Of a stretch of DNA of 64,000 nt, positions 63,201-64,000 are shown piece after piece. The notes below the pieces were generated by a model. The model worked only from the letters and a program-made list of their open reading frames with translations. It had not been told where the DNA came from and searched no databases. How positions within the stretch are numbered: position 1 is the first letter of the stretch; each line of letters opens with the position of its first letter. The DNA is from Spongospora subterranea f. sp. subterranea (Eukaryota), in contig JAUGWO010000091.1 of assembly GCA_049724395.1 (NCBI GenBank), positions 248,001-312,000 on the forward strand, read 5' to 3'. The translations under genes and the position numbers were made by a program.

Positions 63201-64000
63201 CAGGTTCAGATCCAAGTTTCTGGTAGATTGCAGGAGATGCTACAAACGATTACAGCTGTCCAAGAGGAGCACAAAGAGATCGCTGTCCAAAGCGCAGCAA
63301 AAGTAGGTCCTATGCCAAGTCTTTAGTCCATTTGCCCAGCTAAGTTGTCTAGAATGTTTCTTTTTCCTTTCGGTTGCATTGCTGTTTGTTCTCCTTCAGA
63401 GTTTTTGCTGCAATTGATGATCGGATTATATTTTGTTACTAGCTGATCATCGCACCTATTCATGTCTGGGATTCATTGAATCATCACATTGTTTGCACGT
63501 TTATTTGGTTTACATTGTGGGCGGAAGCCCAATCGTAGGGCGGTTCCCGTTGTCCACTGCTTGAGCGAAGCCATCTCGCCAGATTGTTTTGGCATTTCTT
63601 AGGCTCATGCTCGTTGGTTTTGATGCTGTCACATAGGTTCTGGAACTTCAAGATACATATCAAAATGCGGCAGCTGCAATGGAGTCACGTTTACGTATCG
63701 CAGATTCACGTCTCACAATGTTGAACCAGGCTGAGAAACAATGCCGACGTTCTGAGGAAAGGGTGAGTTTCCCCTGTGTTCTTACGTTGATGCTTTACCG
63801 TGATTTATATTTAATGTTTGGGTGCCAAAATTCTGTTCATTATTGCACAATTCATCCCAAAGTTGCATGGATTTGACTTTTTGTTTGAGTTTAGGCTATG
63901 ATCCTGCAACGGCAAATGGACAAATACGTTGCTGATCATGGTCTGGGAGGATCAGACGTGGCTTTAGAGCGAGAGCTCGAGCAGTTTAAGCGCATTGTGA
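60235..64000 (+). CDS. BRE1: E3 ubiquitin ligase BRE1 (RNF20/40)-like coiled-coil protein, multi-exon; RING finger expected beyond the window end
   Basis: LLRYQNKKQSQLLRE; SSWVNLQANL; ELDEMAHQYDELSEMNARLQTQMHSVEDCNTQL (compare the BRE1 E.....AFEDMQEQN.RL..QL...DD.N..L motif); ends DVALERELEQFKRIV, the position just before the BRE1 RING. Confidence 0.72.

Overview
Gene-dense, intron-rich eukaryotic DNA with GT-AG introns, mostly about 45-200 nt. It looks like a protist; a plasmodiophorid-like organism is an unverified guess. The six-frame ORFs are mostly exon fragments, so CDS coordinates below are gene spans reconstructed by eye across introns. Recognisable genes are ETF:ubiquinone oxidoreductase (partial), a DOMON-ferric reductase/NOX fusion, an ATG1-like kinase, cardiolipin synthase, FAB1/PIKfyve, an MFS transporter, OLA1/YchF, pirin, a 3-ketoacyl-CoA reductase, an F-BAR/RhoGAP, DDX23/Prp28, clathrin heavy chain and BRE1 (partial). 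The window also holds a U6 snRNA gene with TATA and USE-like promoter elements, a 47-aa TOM5/TOM6-like gene missed by the ORF track, and several lineage-specific secreted or surface proteins. Two of these are head-to-head paralogs that share a conserved 3' hairpin. There are two decayed mobile-DNA islands. At 26.6-31.7 kb, mariner, helicase and MULE relics surround an intact intronless GIY-YIG + 3xCCHC gene. At 57.0-59.8 kb, an LTR-like unit containing 13x44-bp tandem repeats sits next to a decayed Ty3/gypsy pol. No CRISPR array, tRNA or rRNA was seen.
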